Assembly: GCA_023246725.1 (NCBI GenBank)
Contig: JAHFHV010000005.1
Coordinates: 1 to 33,467, forward strand
DNA length: 33,467 bases
From: Candidatus Magasanikiibacteriota bacterium
GTDB taxonomy: Bacteria; Patescibacteriota; Patescibacteriia; Magasanikbacterales; GWA2-37-8
Direction: 5' to 3'
The first letter of the stretch is position 1; every line of letters begins with the position of its first letter. Position numbers and translations under genes: made by a program. Shown piece by piece: positions 8,279-17,971 of the stretch. Under the pieces are notes generated by a model. The model ran no database searches, was not told the DNA's origin, and saw only the letters and a program-made list of their open reading frames with translations.

Positions 8279-9368
8279 GTTGGCTGTACATCTGCTCAAG
8301 CTTGCGAATATGATCCCCAATCGAAAAATGCTCTTTTGCGTACGCCCGCCCCGCCTCTGCTAAACCAACTGCTTCGTCATGATTATCAAAAACATTCTTG
8401 AGCGTTTGGGCTAAAGCGTTGGTATCGCCAACCGGTACCACATAACCCGTTTTCCCATTGGTGATAAGCCCTACTCCCGCGGCCTGGCTCGCGACCACCA
8501 GCCGGCCGGCCGCCATTGCCTCCATTACTACCAAGCTCATCCCCTCCCATAGCGATGGCTGTATCACCACGTCAACCGCCTCAAACGCGGCAGGCATGTC
8601 TATAACAGCGCCACGCCAGCGTATGCGTTCGCTTATTCCCCACCCTTCAGCAATCTCGCGCAATTGGTTTTCTCCACTCCCAACGCCAAAAATATCCAGC
8701 GTCCAATTTATATTATTTTGTATATGCTTTAACTCATTCAACGCCAAAAATAAATCTCTATGTCCTTTTTGTTTTTCTAAACGCCCAACAATGGCCAACC
8801 GCACCGTAGGTTCCTTAAGCATATTGCTGGTCGGAACAGACAGCCACCGAGATAAATCTATCCCATTTGGTATCAAGCTGACTTTGTTGCATTGAACACC
8901 AAAATTGTTCATAGCATATTTAGCCACCGCCGGAGACACTGCTATAACTTGATCCGCTTTTTTAAGAATGAGACGCCACAGCGCGCGTTTGAGAAACGGC
9001 GTATGATGTTCAACGTTATGGAGCGTGGAAATCCAAACAACTTTTTTGCCCAGCCGCCGCTTAGCCACATACCCCGCCAAGTCCGCACTTAGCAGGTGGG
9101 TATGAATAATTTCCGGCTTAAGAATATCAATATACGTTTTAAGTTGAGCCAGAACGCCCCACCGCCCGCCCATTTTTTTCGCGGACCCGATCCACAGCTT
9201 GTCTTGATTGGTAAAACGCTGTTGCAATTCTCCGCCATCAACCACGCTGGCTGTATACATGTCGTAAAATTTTGGATCTAGCTTGTTATAATACTCGGAA
9301 ACTAAAACCTCCGCCCCGCCCAGGATAAGACGGGGAATAATATGGAGGATTTTTTTTGGTTGAGACAT
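8268..9368 (-). CDS. Glycosyltransferase family 4
   Basis: GGAE, IIHTH, TLHN, IPNGID, GRLEKQKG and PSLWEGMSLVVMEAMAAG motifs. Confidence 0.93.
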   Translation of the reverse strand: MSQPKKILHIIPRLILGGAEVLVSEYYNKLDPKFYDMYTASVVDGGELQQRFTNQDKLWIGSAKKMGGRWGVLAQLKTYIDILKPEIIHTHLLSADLAGYVAKRRLGKKVVWISTLHNVEHHTPFLKRALWRLILKKADQVIAVSPAVAKYAMNNFGVQCNKVSLIPNGIDLSRWLSVPTSNMLKEPTVRLAIVGRLEKQKGHRDLFLALNELKHIQNNINWTLDIFGVGSGENQLREIAEGWGISERIRWRGAVIDMPAAFEAVDVVIQPSLWEGMSLVVMEAMAAGRLVVASQAAGVGLITNGKTGYVVPVGDTNALAQTLKNVFDNHDEAVGLAEAGRAYAKEHFSIGDHIRKLEQMYSQLSS

Positions 9369-9370
9369 AA

Positions 9371-10852
9371 TTACATTTCAGTAACAATCCGGCGCCGCCC
9401 CGCAACTGCGGGGGTTTTAAAATTAATGACGAGGCGAGTCCAATGAGTGTCTTTGCGGTATAAAATTGACTGCGCGATGGCCAGTGAAATAGGCACCCAC
9501 ATTTTACTGCTGTAGTATTGGGTATTGAATAATTGAAAAATCAAAGGAGACAGGACTAAAAAGAAAGAAACAAAATAAGCCGAACGCGCCTCCTCGGTAT
9601 AATTGGCATCGCGGTAACGCAAGAGGATGGTGCGAATAATCCATGCCATAAAAATCCCAAAGGTAATCAGCCCGATAATGCCTTGTTCGGCGAGGAGTTT
9701 TTGCACCACGCCATGCGCGTCGAGGGGCGCGCCAAATTCTAAACTAAATACGCTAATATCAGCGAGGCGCTCCACAAACGTGCCCGCCCCTTGGCCTACA
9801 ATGGGGTGCTGTCGCCACAAATACAGGGCAATATCGGTTAAGGAAAGCCGGGCGGCCGTGGAACCAGCCGCGGCGCTGCTGGTTACCAAAAAATATACTA
9901 AATATATAAATGCCGGCGCGGCCACCAGGAGCGCCCACCACCACTCTTTAAGCAAACTTCTCCACGAACGGTGTTCGCGAGTAAGATAGAAAAAAATAAC
10001 CGCTTCCAAGGCTAGCGTTACCCAAGCCGCGCGCGAGAGTGTCAAAAGCCCGATTATAAACATAAACCCAGTTGTGAGCGTGAGCCAGCGTTTAACTGTA
10101 ATGTCTAAGGCGGCGCGCCAAAAATACAGCCACAAGGGCAGGGTGGTCGTGATCACTTCGGCTAAAAAAATATGGTTATCGCCAAAAGGATTCCACCCCC
10201 ATAAGCTTACCGGAACAGCGCGCGAAAAACCCTGGCCAAGCACAAGATGAGACACGATAGATAACCCCCCAAGCATGGCTCCCCCCAACCCCACCGCGGC
10301 TAAAATGTAGAGACTTATCTGCCATATTTTTTTATTCTCAACAATGTTGGCCCCAAGCACAACGTACCCAACATAAAAAAGGAGAATGAAGTGAGCGATG
10401 TATTTAAGACTCACTCCGCGCTCCACCGATAGCTCTGGGATAAGAGACAAGGCCGCGCTCCCCAAAAAAAACAAAAACCAAATCAAGCCCGGCGCGTACA
10501 AACTTACTTTTTCGCCGGCGCCGTACTGGCGCAAGGTCTGAATAGTAAAAGCAAGCAGAAGCATTACCGCCCAAAATTCCACCACGGGCGCGTGCATGGC
10601 ATAGAGCCACGGATATTCCGGGAGCCAATTATGGAGCCACGCAAGAGATAACTCCCAGCGAATCAGGGGAGACAAAGCCACCAGCACAAACCAACCGACT
10701 AACAAATAACGGGATAACAGCCAGACAAACCCCATAGCCAAAAGAATTAAAAGAGCAATTAAAAGTTGAGGAACAAAAAAACTTGCGATCGTTATTATGG
10801 TCGCTCCAATAAGCAAAAATGCAGGCAGTGGACTAACTTCCTCGGCTGGCAT
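9371..10852 (-). CDS. O-antigen ligase/polymerase (Wzy_C-like) membrane protein
   Basis: Multiple TM segments; LTLSRAAW, R..L...A..LW..HPIVGQGAG and DAH....LLAEQGIIG motifs. Confidence 0.85.
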   Translation of the reverse strand: MPAEEVSPLPAFLLIGATIITIASFFVPQLLIALLILLAMGFVWLLSRYLLVGWFVLVALSPLIRWELSLAWLHNWLPEYPWLYAMHAPVVEFWAVMLLLAFTIQTLRQYGAGEKVSLYAPGLIWFLFFLGSAALSLIPELSVERGVSLKYIAHFILLFYVGYVVLGANIVENKKIWQISLYILAAVGLGGAMLGGLSIVSHLVLGQGFSRAVPVSLWGWNPFGDNHIFLAEVITTTLPLWLYFWRAALDITVKRWLTLTTGFMFIIGLLTLSRAAWVTLALEAVIFFYLTREHRSWRSLLKEWWWALLVAAPAFIYLVYFLVTSSAAAGSTAARLSLTDIALYLWRQHPIVGQGAGTFVERLADISVFSLEFGAPLDAHGVVQKLLAEQGIIGLITFGIFMAWIIRTILLRYRDANYTEEARSAYFVSFFLVLSPLIFQLFNTQYYSSKMWVPISLAIAQSILYRKDTHWTRLVINFKTPAVAGRRRIVTEM

Positions 10853-10927
10853 AATTATTATAATGATAACAAAAAAAAGCCGTTTTGTCTAACAACAAAC
10901 GGCCTTATCTAACGGCACCAACCGCGT

Positions 10928-11019
10928 TGTCATCCTGAACGTAGTGAAGGATCTCTGTCTCAAACCGCCTTATAATCGTTTGCTTCGGACAGAGATTCTT
11001 CGTTTCACTCAGAATGACA
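10928..11019. repeat. TGTCAT...ATGACA palindromic element overlapping a glycosyltransferase 3' end
   Basis: TGTCATCCTGAACGTAGTGAAGGATCTCTGTC...GACAGAGATTCTTCGTTTCACTCAGAATGACA; the inner arms match the element at 302. Confidence 0.9.
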
Positions 11020-12096
11020 GGCGCGCTGATACGCCTCCTCATACTTCCGGGCCATCGCCTCAACTCCAAAATGCTCCGCGGCATAGTTTCTGGCCGCGCG
11101 CGCCAAAGCCACCGCGGCTTCCGTGTGTTCAAAGCACCACGTTAAACGCTCGGCCAAAGCGCGCGGACTAACCGGAGAAAATAAAATGCCGGTCTCACTA
11201 TCCCTAATAACTTCGAAAAGGCCGCCTACTCGGCTGGCCACTACCACTCTTCCCGCGGCCGCGGCTTCCATGGCTACTACCCCCAAGCCCTCCCAGCGCG
11301 ATGGCACTATTACAATATCATTTTGTTCCAAAAGAACGCGCACATTGGTAACCGGCGGTAAAAAAATGACGCGGCTGTTAAGATTAAGCCGCGCGGTGAG
11401 GAGGCGCAATTTTTTCTCCCAATCGCCCGCCCCTGCAATTGTTAATTTCCAAGGAAACTCCGTAAGCCGAGATAGCGCCTGAAGCGCGACATCCTGCCCC
11501 TTTTGCTTGGTGAGGCGGCCGAGGATTAAAAGTTTAAATGGCGGAACCAAAGTCTTGAGTGTTGTAATTTGACTGTACTGCTCCACTGGTACGCCAGGAC
11601 GGATGACTTCAATTTTATTGGGGCTAATTCCATAGCGCTTGCCCAGGTCAAAGGCAATCGCGCCCGAGGTAGCCGTGTACAGTACAGAATAATTTTTAAG
11701 ATAACGCTTAATACCGGCTTTAACAAAACCTTCCGGCACATTAATATTATGTTCCGTGGTAATAACCGGAATGTTGAGGCGGTGCGCGGCGACTCGCCCC
11801 CACACATCGGCTCCAAACAAATGGGTGTGGACAATGCTCGGCTTGATTTTAGCCAGCTCATTTTGTATGGCGCCAAACAGCCCCCAACTTACCTGGCCGC
11901 GCTTTGGCGCCACAATTACCTCAACATCCTTAGGCTTGATTTGCGCCATCATGTCGGTTTTCTCAAAAAAAATAATAACGGAAAATTTAAATTTTTCCGG
12001 GTCAGCGTAATTAATAATATCCACCACCACCCGCTCGGCTCCGCCAAATGAGAGCGTGGGAATGATGTGGACGACGTGGATACGATCGTCAGGCAT
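11005..12096 (-). CDS. Glycosyltransferase family 4
   Basis: GGAE, IVHTH, TEHN, GRLTKQKG and PSRWEGLGVVAMEAAAAG motifs; paralog of 8268-9368. Confidence 0.93.
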   Translation of the reverse strand: MPDDRIHVVHIIPTLSFGGAERVVVDIINYADPEKFKFSVIIFFEKTDMMAQIKPKDVEVIVAPKRGQVSWGLFGAIQNELAKIKPSIVHTHLFGADVWGRVAAHRLNIPVITTEHNINVPEGFVKAGIKRYLKNYSVLYTATSGAIAFDLGKRYGISPNKIEVIRPGVPVEQYSQITTLKTLVPPFKLLILGRLTKQKGQDVALQALSRLTEFPWKLTIAGAGDWEKKLRLLTARLNLNSRVIFLPPVTNVRVLLEQNDIVIVPSRWEGLGVVAMEAAAAGRVVVASRVGGLFEVIRDSETGILFSPVSPRALAERLTWCFEHTEAAVALARAARNYAAEHFGVEAMARKYEEAYQRACHSE

Positions 12097-12250
12097 AATT
12101 TTGAAAAAATTTTTGTCATCGCCACATTACCGAAGTAATCTTGTCGGTGCAATGGCTCAATTGTTACATTGTTATATTGTTGTAATTATTCTTAATGATA
12201 CTTAGTATAACGCAAAAAAAGCGCTTTGTACATTGGCTTTGTATATTGGC

Positions 12251-12279
12251 TTGACAGCCCCAATAACGCGTGGGATAAT
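12251..12279 (+). promoter_or_regulatory. Sigma70-type promoter
   Basis: TTGACA-17 nt-GATAAT with TG extension, 29 nt upstream of ATG 12308. Confidence 0.65.
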
Positions 12280-12307
12280 AGAGGCGTAATCAAATTCTCC
12301 AAAACCT

Positions 12308-12496
12308 ATGTCTAGCACAACCTATTGCAACAAATGCAAGAAACAAAAAGAAAAAGACGAAAGCTGGAGCCGGATAATGATCTGGAACGGAATTCCCAAA
12401 GAATACAGCGATTCGATCGGTTCCAACACTGATTTTTGTCCGGACTGTAACAAAGAATTTTTCGCAGTTTTTAAAAAATTTTTAAGCGTTAAATAA
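12308..12496 (+). CDS. Small zinc-finger-like hypothetical protein
   Basis: CNKC and CPDC pairs; promoter upstream. Confidence 0.7.
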   Translation: MSSTTYCNKCKKQKEKDESWSRIMIWNGIPKEYSDSIGSNTDFCPDCNKEFFAVFKKFLSVK

Positions 12497-12497
12497 T

Positions 12498-12797
12498 ATG
12501 GAGGAAACAACCTTTAAAGAACTCAAAGAATTTTTGGAGGAAACAATGGTCACCAAAGATGATTTAAAGGATTTAGTCACTAAAGATGATATCCGGGTGC
12601 TCCGTGATGAATTGATAAGTGAAATTAATGGTATTAAAGTTGAGCTCGAAGATATAAAACAATCGTTAGATCGCCTAGAAAAACGCACACGCCAGGATGC
12701 TGATGCGGAAGCCAAAGATATTTTGGATTTAAAAAGACGTGTGGATGAATTGGAAAAACAAATCAAACTTTTTCATGGTATACGCCAACCTGCTTAA
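12498..12797 (+). CDS. Coiled-coil hypothetical protein
   Basis: VTKDDL/VTKDDI repeat and heptad pattern; starts 1 nt after the upstream stop. Confidence 0.75.
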   Translation: MEETTFKELKEFLEETMVTKDDLKDLVTKDDIRVLRDELISEINGIKVELEDIKQSLDRLEKRTRQDADAEAKDILDLKRRVDELEKQIKLFHGIRQPA

Positions 12798-12798
12798 T

Positions 12799-12837
12799 AC
12801 CCCTTCCACTGTCCTCCCCCTAAGAGGGGGAGGAGCC
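12799..12837. repeat. Half copy of the CCCTCC-family element
   Basis: ACCCCTTCCACTGTCCTCCCCCTAAGAGGGGGAGGAG closely matches 4371-4405 inside mpl. Confidence 0.8.
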
Positions 12838-12857
12838 AAGACAACCAAATAAATACA

Positions 12858-12888
12858 CAAAACCCCCAGCGGATGCCGGGGGTTTCGT
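12858..12888 (+). terminator. Probable intrinsic terminator hairpin
   Basis: AAACCCCCAGC-GGAT-GCCGGGGGTTT between convergent genes. Confidence 0.55.
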
Positions 12889-13107
12889 ATTATCATCTGA
12901 AACTATCCAAACCTTTGATGATGTAAGGCGAGAGAAAGAACGTGATAGTTTCATATGAACTTCGGGGGACGGCGGATATGGCCGCCGTCCCCCTCTATAC
13001 TGTCTAGAGCCACGCTTCAGGTGTGTATGACATCCTTAGCGCGAGCCCTTGTGCTCGTTTTTGGCGAGGGGATGAACTTCCCCTTGTTCCCGCGCGGCTA
13101 CGGGAAC

Positions 13108-15399
13108 CTACTGCAGGAGGTCGCACAGGTAGTTGGGGAAACCACCCAGGCAGGCGAACTTGCAGCCCATCTCGAGGGGGGTCTTCCCCTGGAAGATGGT
13201 GTGCGGGTCGAACGCCTCGCGCATGTTGGCGCACCAGTCCCCTCCCTTGGGGAGGTTGGGGTCCGGACGCCAGTCGCCCACCACGAGCCACACGATGTTC
13301 TCGGCGGGATACGACTGGACGTTGAACGCCACCTTCTCGAGGGTCGACACGCACCAGGAGAGGATCTGTCCGATCGACACCCACGGACCGTTGGGGATGC
13401 CCTTGCCGAGTCCGTTGTCCGGCCCCTTGGAACCCTGGAACTGCCAGCCCGTCTTGACCACGAGGGTCTTCTGGTTCTGGCAGGCCTGCTGGACCTGGCA
13501 CGCGCCGTTGACGCACGCCTGTCCCTGCTGGCACACCTTGCCGCACCCCCCACAGTTCGAGGTGTCGGTGTTGGTGTTGACGCAGACATTACCGCACTGC
13601 GTCAGGTTCCCGCATCCGGCGTTGGTGCACAAGCCGTACACGCACATCTGTCCCTGCTGGCAGGCGAACCCGCACTTGCCGCAGTTCTTGGTGTCGGTCC
13701 CCATGTTGACCTCGCACCCGTCCGCCGCCACCTTGTTGCAGTTCGCGAAGCCGAAGTCGCACGTGTCGACGTCACACGTGCTGTTGACGCACTTCGAATC
13801 CGCCTTGAACAGCTGACAGGCCTTGCCGCAGGCCCCGCAGTTCAAGACGTCGCTCGTGGTGGTCACTTCGCAACCGTCCTTGGGAGACAGGTTGCAGTCC
13901 GCGAAGCCGGCGTTGCAAGCGCCGATGCCACAGCTTCCGCTGAGGCACGCCCTGGTTCCGTTCGCAACCGCGGGGCAGGTATTGCCACACTGCCCGCAGT
14001 GGGTGAGGTTGGTGGCGGTGTTGACCTCGCAGCCGTCGCCGAACAGGTTGTTGCAGTCCTGGAACTTCCCGAAGCAGCCCCAGATCTTGCAGCTCCCGCT
14101 CGAGCAGTACGGCGTGGCGTTGGCCGCGATGCAGACGATGCCGCACCCACCGCAGTTCATGGTTTCGTTGTTGATGTCGACGCACGCCCCGTTGCAGAAC
14201 TTGCGGTTCTGCTGGGCGCACCCGACACACACGCCGCCCTGGCAGACCATGTTCGGTGCGCAGGCCTTGTTGCAGCCGCCGCAGTTGAACTGGTCGGTCT
14301 GCTTGTCCACGCACCCCTGGAGGCCGCAGACATCCTGACCCGGGAGGCACGCGTTGGCGCACTTCCCGTTCACGCAGAACAGCCCCTTGGCCGCGCACGA
14401 ATTGCCGCAGCCCCCGCAGTTTCGCCCATCGGTCTGGACATCCGTGCACGAACCGCTGCAGTTCGTCTCGCCCGGCTTGCAGGCGGGGAAACACGAGAAG
14501 AAGGAGCAGACGCTCCCCTGCGGACAGGCGTTGCTGCAACCGCCGCAGTTCTTCCCATCGGAGGAGATGTCCGTGCAGACGTTGCCGCCGCAGTCCTTGA
14601 GACCCTGGTTGAGGTCGCAGAACTTCGGCTGCGCCTGCGACAGGTCGCCGCCGCCCTGGTTCCCCGAGAGATCGACCGCGCCTCCGAGGAGGTCGGCCGC
14701 CATCCCGCCATCGGCGCCCTGGTTGTTCGCCAGGTCCGCCGGGGTGGCGAGATCGGGGTTCATCGTGAGGTCCGCCGCCTGCGCCAGGTCAGGCATGACC
14801 GGCTTGGCGCACACGCCCATGAGGCAGGCGAGGCCGTTGGCGCAGTCGCCGTCGGCGTTGCACGGCTTGCCGTTGCCGCAGCCCTTGCAGGGACCGCCGC
14901 AGTCGGTGTCCGTTTCCCCGCCGTTCTTCACCCCGTCCGTGCAGGTCGGCGGCAGATTGGCGCATGCGCCCGCCACGCACTTCTGCGTGTTGGGATCACA
15001 CACCGTGCCGCACGCCCCGCAGTGGGCCGGGTCCAGCTGGAGATTGGTGCAGACGCCGTTGCAGGCCGTCTGCCCGAGGGGGCAGGAGAACAGGTCGGCC
15101 TCGGGGATGAGGTCGGGCGGGACGGCGACATCCGCCGCCGGCGCCACCGCCAGGTCGGCGGGGCTGATCGGCGTCGCGAGATCGGCCGGCGGCGCGACCC
15201 TGCTGAGGTCGGCGATGTCCGCGACGCACGCGTTGTTGCGGCACACCAGGCTCGGCGAGTGGCAGTCCTCATCGACCGTGCACACGCTGTTCTGGCAGCC
15301 GAGGTTGAAGATCGTCATGAGGCAGACGACCACCGCCGGCGCGAACCACTTCGCGGCCAAGTTCTCCACCACCATGGTGGACTTCCGGTTCCTGTCCAT
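13108..15399 (-). CDS. High-GC cysteine-rich repeat lipoprotein (Stig1-like/myxobacterial-type TDxxNCGxCGxxC repeats)
   Basis: SD AAAGGAG 5 nt before ATG; hydrophobic segment ending NLG-C; about ten CGxCxxxC repeat units, a CTDGVKNGGETDTDCGG unit and P/A-DL linkers; strong G/C third-position bias. Confidence 0.85.
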   Translation of the reverse strand: MDRNRKSTMVVENLAAKWFAPAVVVCLMTIFNLGCQNSVCTVDEDCHSPSLVCRNNACVADIADLSRVAPPADLATPISPADLAVAPAADVAVPPDLIPEADLFSCPLGQTACNGVCTNLQLDPAHCGACGTVCDPNTQKCVAGACANLPPTCTDGVKNGGETDTDCGGPCKGCGNGKPCNADGDCANGLACLMGVCAKPVMPDLAQAADLTMNPDLATPADLANNQGADGGMAADLLGGAVDLSGNQGGGDLSQAQPKFCDLNQGLKDCGGNVCTDISSDGKNCGGCSNACPQGSVCSFFSCFPACKPGETNCSGSCTDVQTDGRNCGGCGNSCAAKGLFCVNGKCANACLPGQDVCGLQGCVDKQTDQFNCGGCNKACAPNMVCQGGVCVGCAQQNRKFCNGACVDINNETMNCGGCGIVCIAANATPYCSSGSCKIWGCFGKFQDCNNLFGDGCEVNTATNLTHCGQCGNTCPAVANGTRACLSGSCGIGACNAGFADCNLSPKDGCEVTTTSDVLNCGACGKACQLFKADSKCVNSTCDVDTCDFGFANCNKVAADGCEVNMGTDTKNCGKCGFACQQGQMCVYGLCTNAGCGNLTQCGNVCVNTNTDTSNCGGCGKVCQQGQACVNGACQVQQACQNQKTLVVKTGWQFQGSKGPDNGLGKGIPNGPWVSIGQILSWCVSTLEKVAFNVQSYPAENIVWLVVGDWRPDPNLPKGGDWCANMREAFDPHTIFQGKTPLEMGCKFACLGGFPNYLCDLLQ

Positions 15400-15850
15400 G
15401 TGAACTCCTTTGAAAAAGCCTTTGCCCGTGCAGGGCTATGCTGATTGATCCAGAAGGAAAATTCCCACCGGCAGCATTCCCCACACGGGGGATTTTCCGT
15501 ATAATCATACCCTTGCACGGAACTAAACCGTAAAAAAATTATGGCCTAATTTCGTGCAAGGGTTATTGGATATTTTTTAAATTGTCAACGAACTATTTTT
15601 AAATCATCAATCAACTTTTACCTTTAACTTTTCAACTTTCAGCTTAATTGATTAATGATCCGTTTGACACTCCCTTAATTATAAAGAGAGGGTCAAATGG
15701 GTGTCGCAGTGTTGGCGCGACCCCCCAGCATGCTCGCTCTTTGTAGAACGAAAGGTTGCCACTGGGACGCCTCGAACGAGGCATCCGAATCAGTAGACCA
15801 TGCTGGCCAGTCGCTGGAACTCCATGGGGAGGTGCGACTGGAGTGAGAGA

Positions 15851-17704
15851 CTACCGAAGCGGGATCTCCTGCCCGATCCACAGCGCGCACTCCGCGTTGG
15901 CGAAGCCGCTCTGGGGGGGTTGGGTCATCCACCCGCCGCCACAGCCCATCTGTAAAAAGAAGTGCTGGGCGCCTGTTCGCTGGCTCGAGATGCCCGGGTA
16001 GAACCGGACTCCCATGCCGACGTTCGTCGACCGCCGAACCAGGACGTCACCGACGTCCGGTCGCTGGAGCTGGGCTTCCAGCCCGACGGTAAAGGTGAGG
16101 AGAATCATGACCGCCTTGTGCACACGATACCCAGCCCCTAGATCGATCGCGAACACGATCTCCTTCTTCCGGCCGTTCGTGCCCACCACGCCGCTCCCGC
16201 CAAAGTACCACTTGTGGCCGAGCTCGAACCCCATCCCCATACCGCCTGCGACTACGAATTCGTCCGAGAGGTGGAGGATGAAGGCCCGGTTCCACCACGA
16301 CTTCGCAATGACGTCGAGGGTGATGTGCACGTAGTTCTCGGAAAGCGGCAGCGGGTTGCAATCCGTGTGGTAGAGCCAGAGGTTCTTCTCCTTGGTAGGA
16401 TAGGGACACATCTGACAATCCACATGATCCCAAGAAAGGTGGGCGGCACCCTTGTATTGACAGAACTTCGGCGCCTCCTTGCACTGCCCGTCAGTGCAAA
16501 TGAGACCGACTTCGCAGTCCGTTTCCACCTTGCAGTGGTCGAACTGCTGGCAACGATTCTTGCAGATCTTGCCGCCGCAGTCCACGTCGGTCTCGTCCTG
16601 GTTCTGAAGCTTGTCGGTGCAGGTAAGATCCGGCGGGGGGGGCGGGAGAGGGCGGAAGAACAGACTGCGGGGAACCTCGCTGGCGCTCCCGAATCCCTCG
16701 ATCGAGCTTTCAGCGTCCGGACCACACAGCGGGGGCAACCCGTCGTGCGGCACGAGCGCTTCACAGCGTGATGTCGTGAGACCCTTTTGAACCCTCTTCG
16801 CCTTGAGAGGATCCTTGGTGCACTCGTGATCGGCATCCTTGATGCAGTCGCCCGGGTCACGGACGATGACACCGTAGCCGGCGGAAGCGCGAGGGTGGCC
16901 GGCGGGCACGTGCTCGCCGGGTGAAACCTTGGGCCAGATCTCCTTTCCGATGGGGGGAGGAGGCACCATCACCGCCTGCCAGTGGCGCAGGCGGCACTGC
17001 TTCACGCCACCATTCTTCTCGCAGTACCCAATGCCGTTCAGATCCTTGGGGCACTCCTCCGGCTTCGTGCAAGTGTCGCCTTCCTTGAGGGAGGGCGGCA
17101 CCGGTACCGCCGGAGGGGGCGCCGGAGCCGACTTGCGCGAAGCGGCCGGGGGCGGCGGAGGCGGTACGGGCGGTGGGGCCACCGCCGGCTGAACGAGCGG
17201 AGGCGGCGGAGGGGGGGGCGGATCAGCCGGAGGCGAAGAGATCACGAGCGTCTGGCAAACATTGTTCTTGCAGACGCCGGACTGACAGTCAATGGAGACC
17301 CTGCACGTCCTTCCATCGGCGCACAGGGGGCACTTGTTGAATTCCCAACCACCACAATCAATGTCCGTCTCGTCGCCGTTCTTGATGTCATCCTGGCAGG
17401 TACCCATCTCGATCGGTTCGACGGGCTCGCTTGCCGGGGCCGCACACACTCCCTTGGCATTGCACTCCAGGCCCTGGTTGCAGTCCTTGGCGCGCTCGCA
17501 GCCCTGACCCTTGCGGCACGGCTGGCAGTTGCTGGTCACGCCGCCGCAGTCCACGTCGGTCTCGTGGTTGTTCTTGATGCCGTCGGTGCAGGTCTCGAGC
17601 GTGCTCTTGACTGCGACGGCCGGGCCGTCGGCGCGCGCGCTGAGCGTGCCGAGCGAGAGGACGACGAACAGGGTGACGAACCAGAACTTCGAGGTCTTGT
17701 TCAT
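15851..17704 (-). CDS. High-GC secreted Cys/Pro-rich protein with possible C-terminal beta-barrel-like domain
   Basis: SD AAGGAG 7 nt before ATG 17704 (MNKTSKFW..., signal peptide ending ARA); three CxDxxxNxxETDxDCGG units; poly-Pro linkers; C-terminal Gly/aromatic amphipathic strands. Confidence 0.8.
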   Translation of the reverse strand: MNKTSKFWFVTLFVVLSLGTLSARADGPAVAVKSTLETCTDGIKNNHETDVDCGGVTSNCQPCRKGQGCERAKDCNQGLECNAKGVCAAPASEPVEPIEMGTCQDDIKNGDETDIDCGGWEFNKCPLCADGRTCRVSIDCQSGVCKNNVCQTLVISSPPADPPPPPPPPLVQPAVAPPPVPPPPPPAASRKSAPAPPPAVPVPPSLKEGDTCTKPEECPKDLNGIGYCEKNGGVKQCRLRHWQAVMVPPPPIGKEIWPKVSPGEHVPAGHPRASAGYGVIVRDPGDCIKDADHECTKDPLKAKRVQKGLTTSRCEALVPHDGLPPLCGPDAESSIEGFGSASEVPRSLFFRPLPPPPPDLTCTDKLQNQDETDVDCGGKICKNRCQQFDHCKVETDCEVGLICTDGQCKEAPKFCQYKGAAHLSWDHVDCQMCPYPTKEKNLWLYHTDCNPLPLSENYVHITLDVIAKSWWNRAFILHLSDEFVVAGGMGMGFELGHKWYFGGSGVVGTNGRKKEIVFAIDLGAGYRVHKAVMILLTFTVGLEAQLQRPDVGDVLVRRSTNVGMGVRFYPGISSQRTGAQHFFLQMGCGGGWMTQPPQSGFANAECALWIGQEIPLR

Positions 17705-17971
17705 GATGTGACTCCTTCGTGGTGTTCGAGAAAAACTCTCCACACAACAAAATCACGAACTCACCATTGAGCCGATCATTTGCCGCGCGGTATCGTCACG
17801 TTTAACTTTTTTTAGTAGTCTCTTGTTTAGTACCCAGCTAAGGCTAATTGGGTACAGGTTTAAAGAGCATGCCCCGTAAGACTCGTTAGAGTTCTGCGGG
17901 AAACTAATGGCCTTAGATTAAACGGCGAAACATTTTCGCCATTTGGTCTAAAGACATCTGGCTTTAAAGCA

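Noticed and set aside
12955-15444. 829-aa plus-strand ORF
   Set aside because: In-register antisense shadow of the GC3-biased Cys-rich gene; no motifs, whereas the minus frame has an SD, a signal peptide and repeats.
13004-17770. Many overlapping 60-350 aa alternative ORFs in the high-GC island
   Set aside because: Expected from stop-codon scarcity at high GC; Arg/Pro/Ser-rich composition with no supporting signals.
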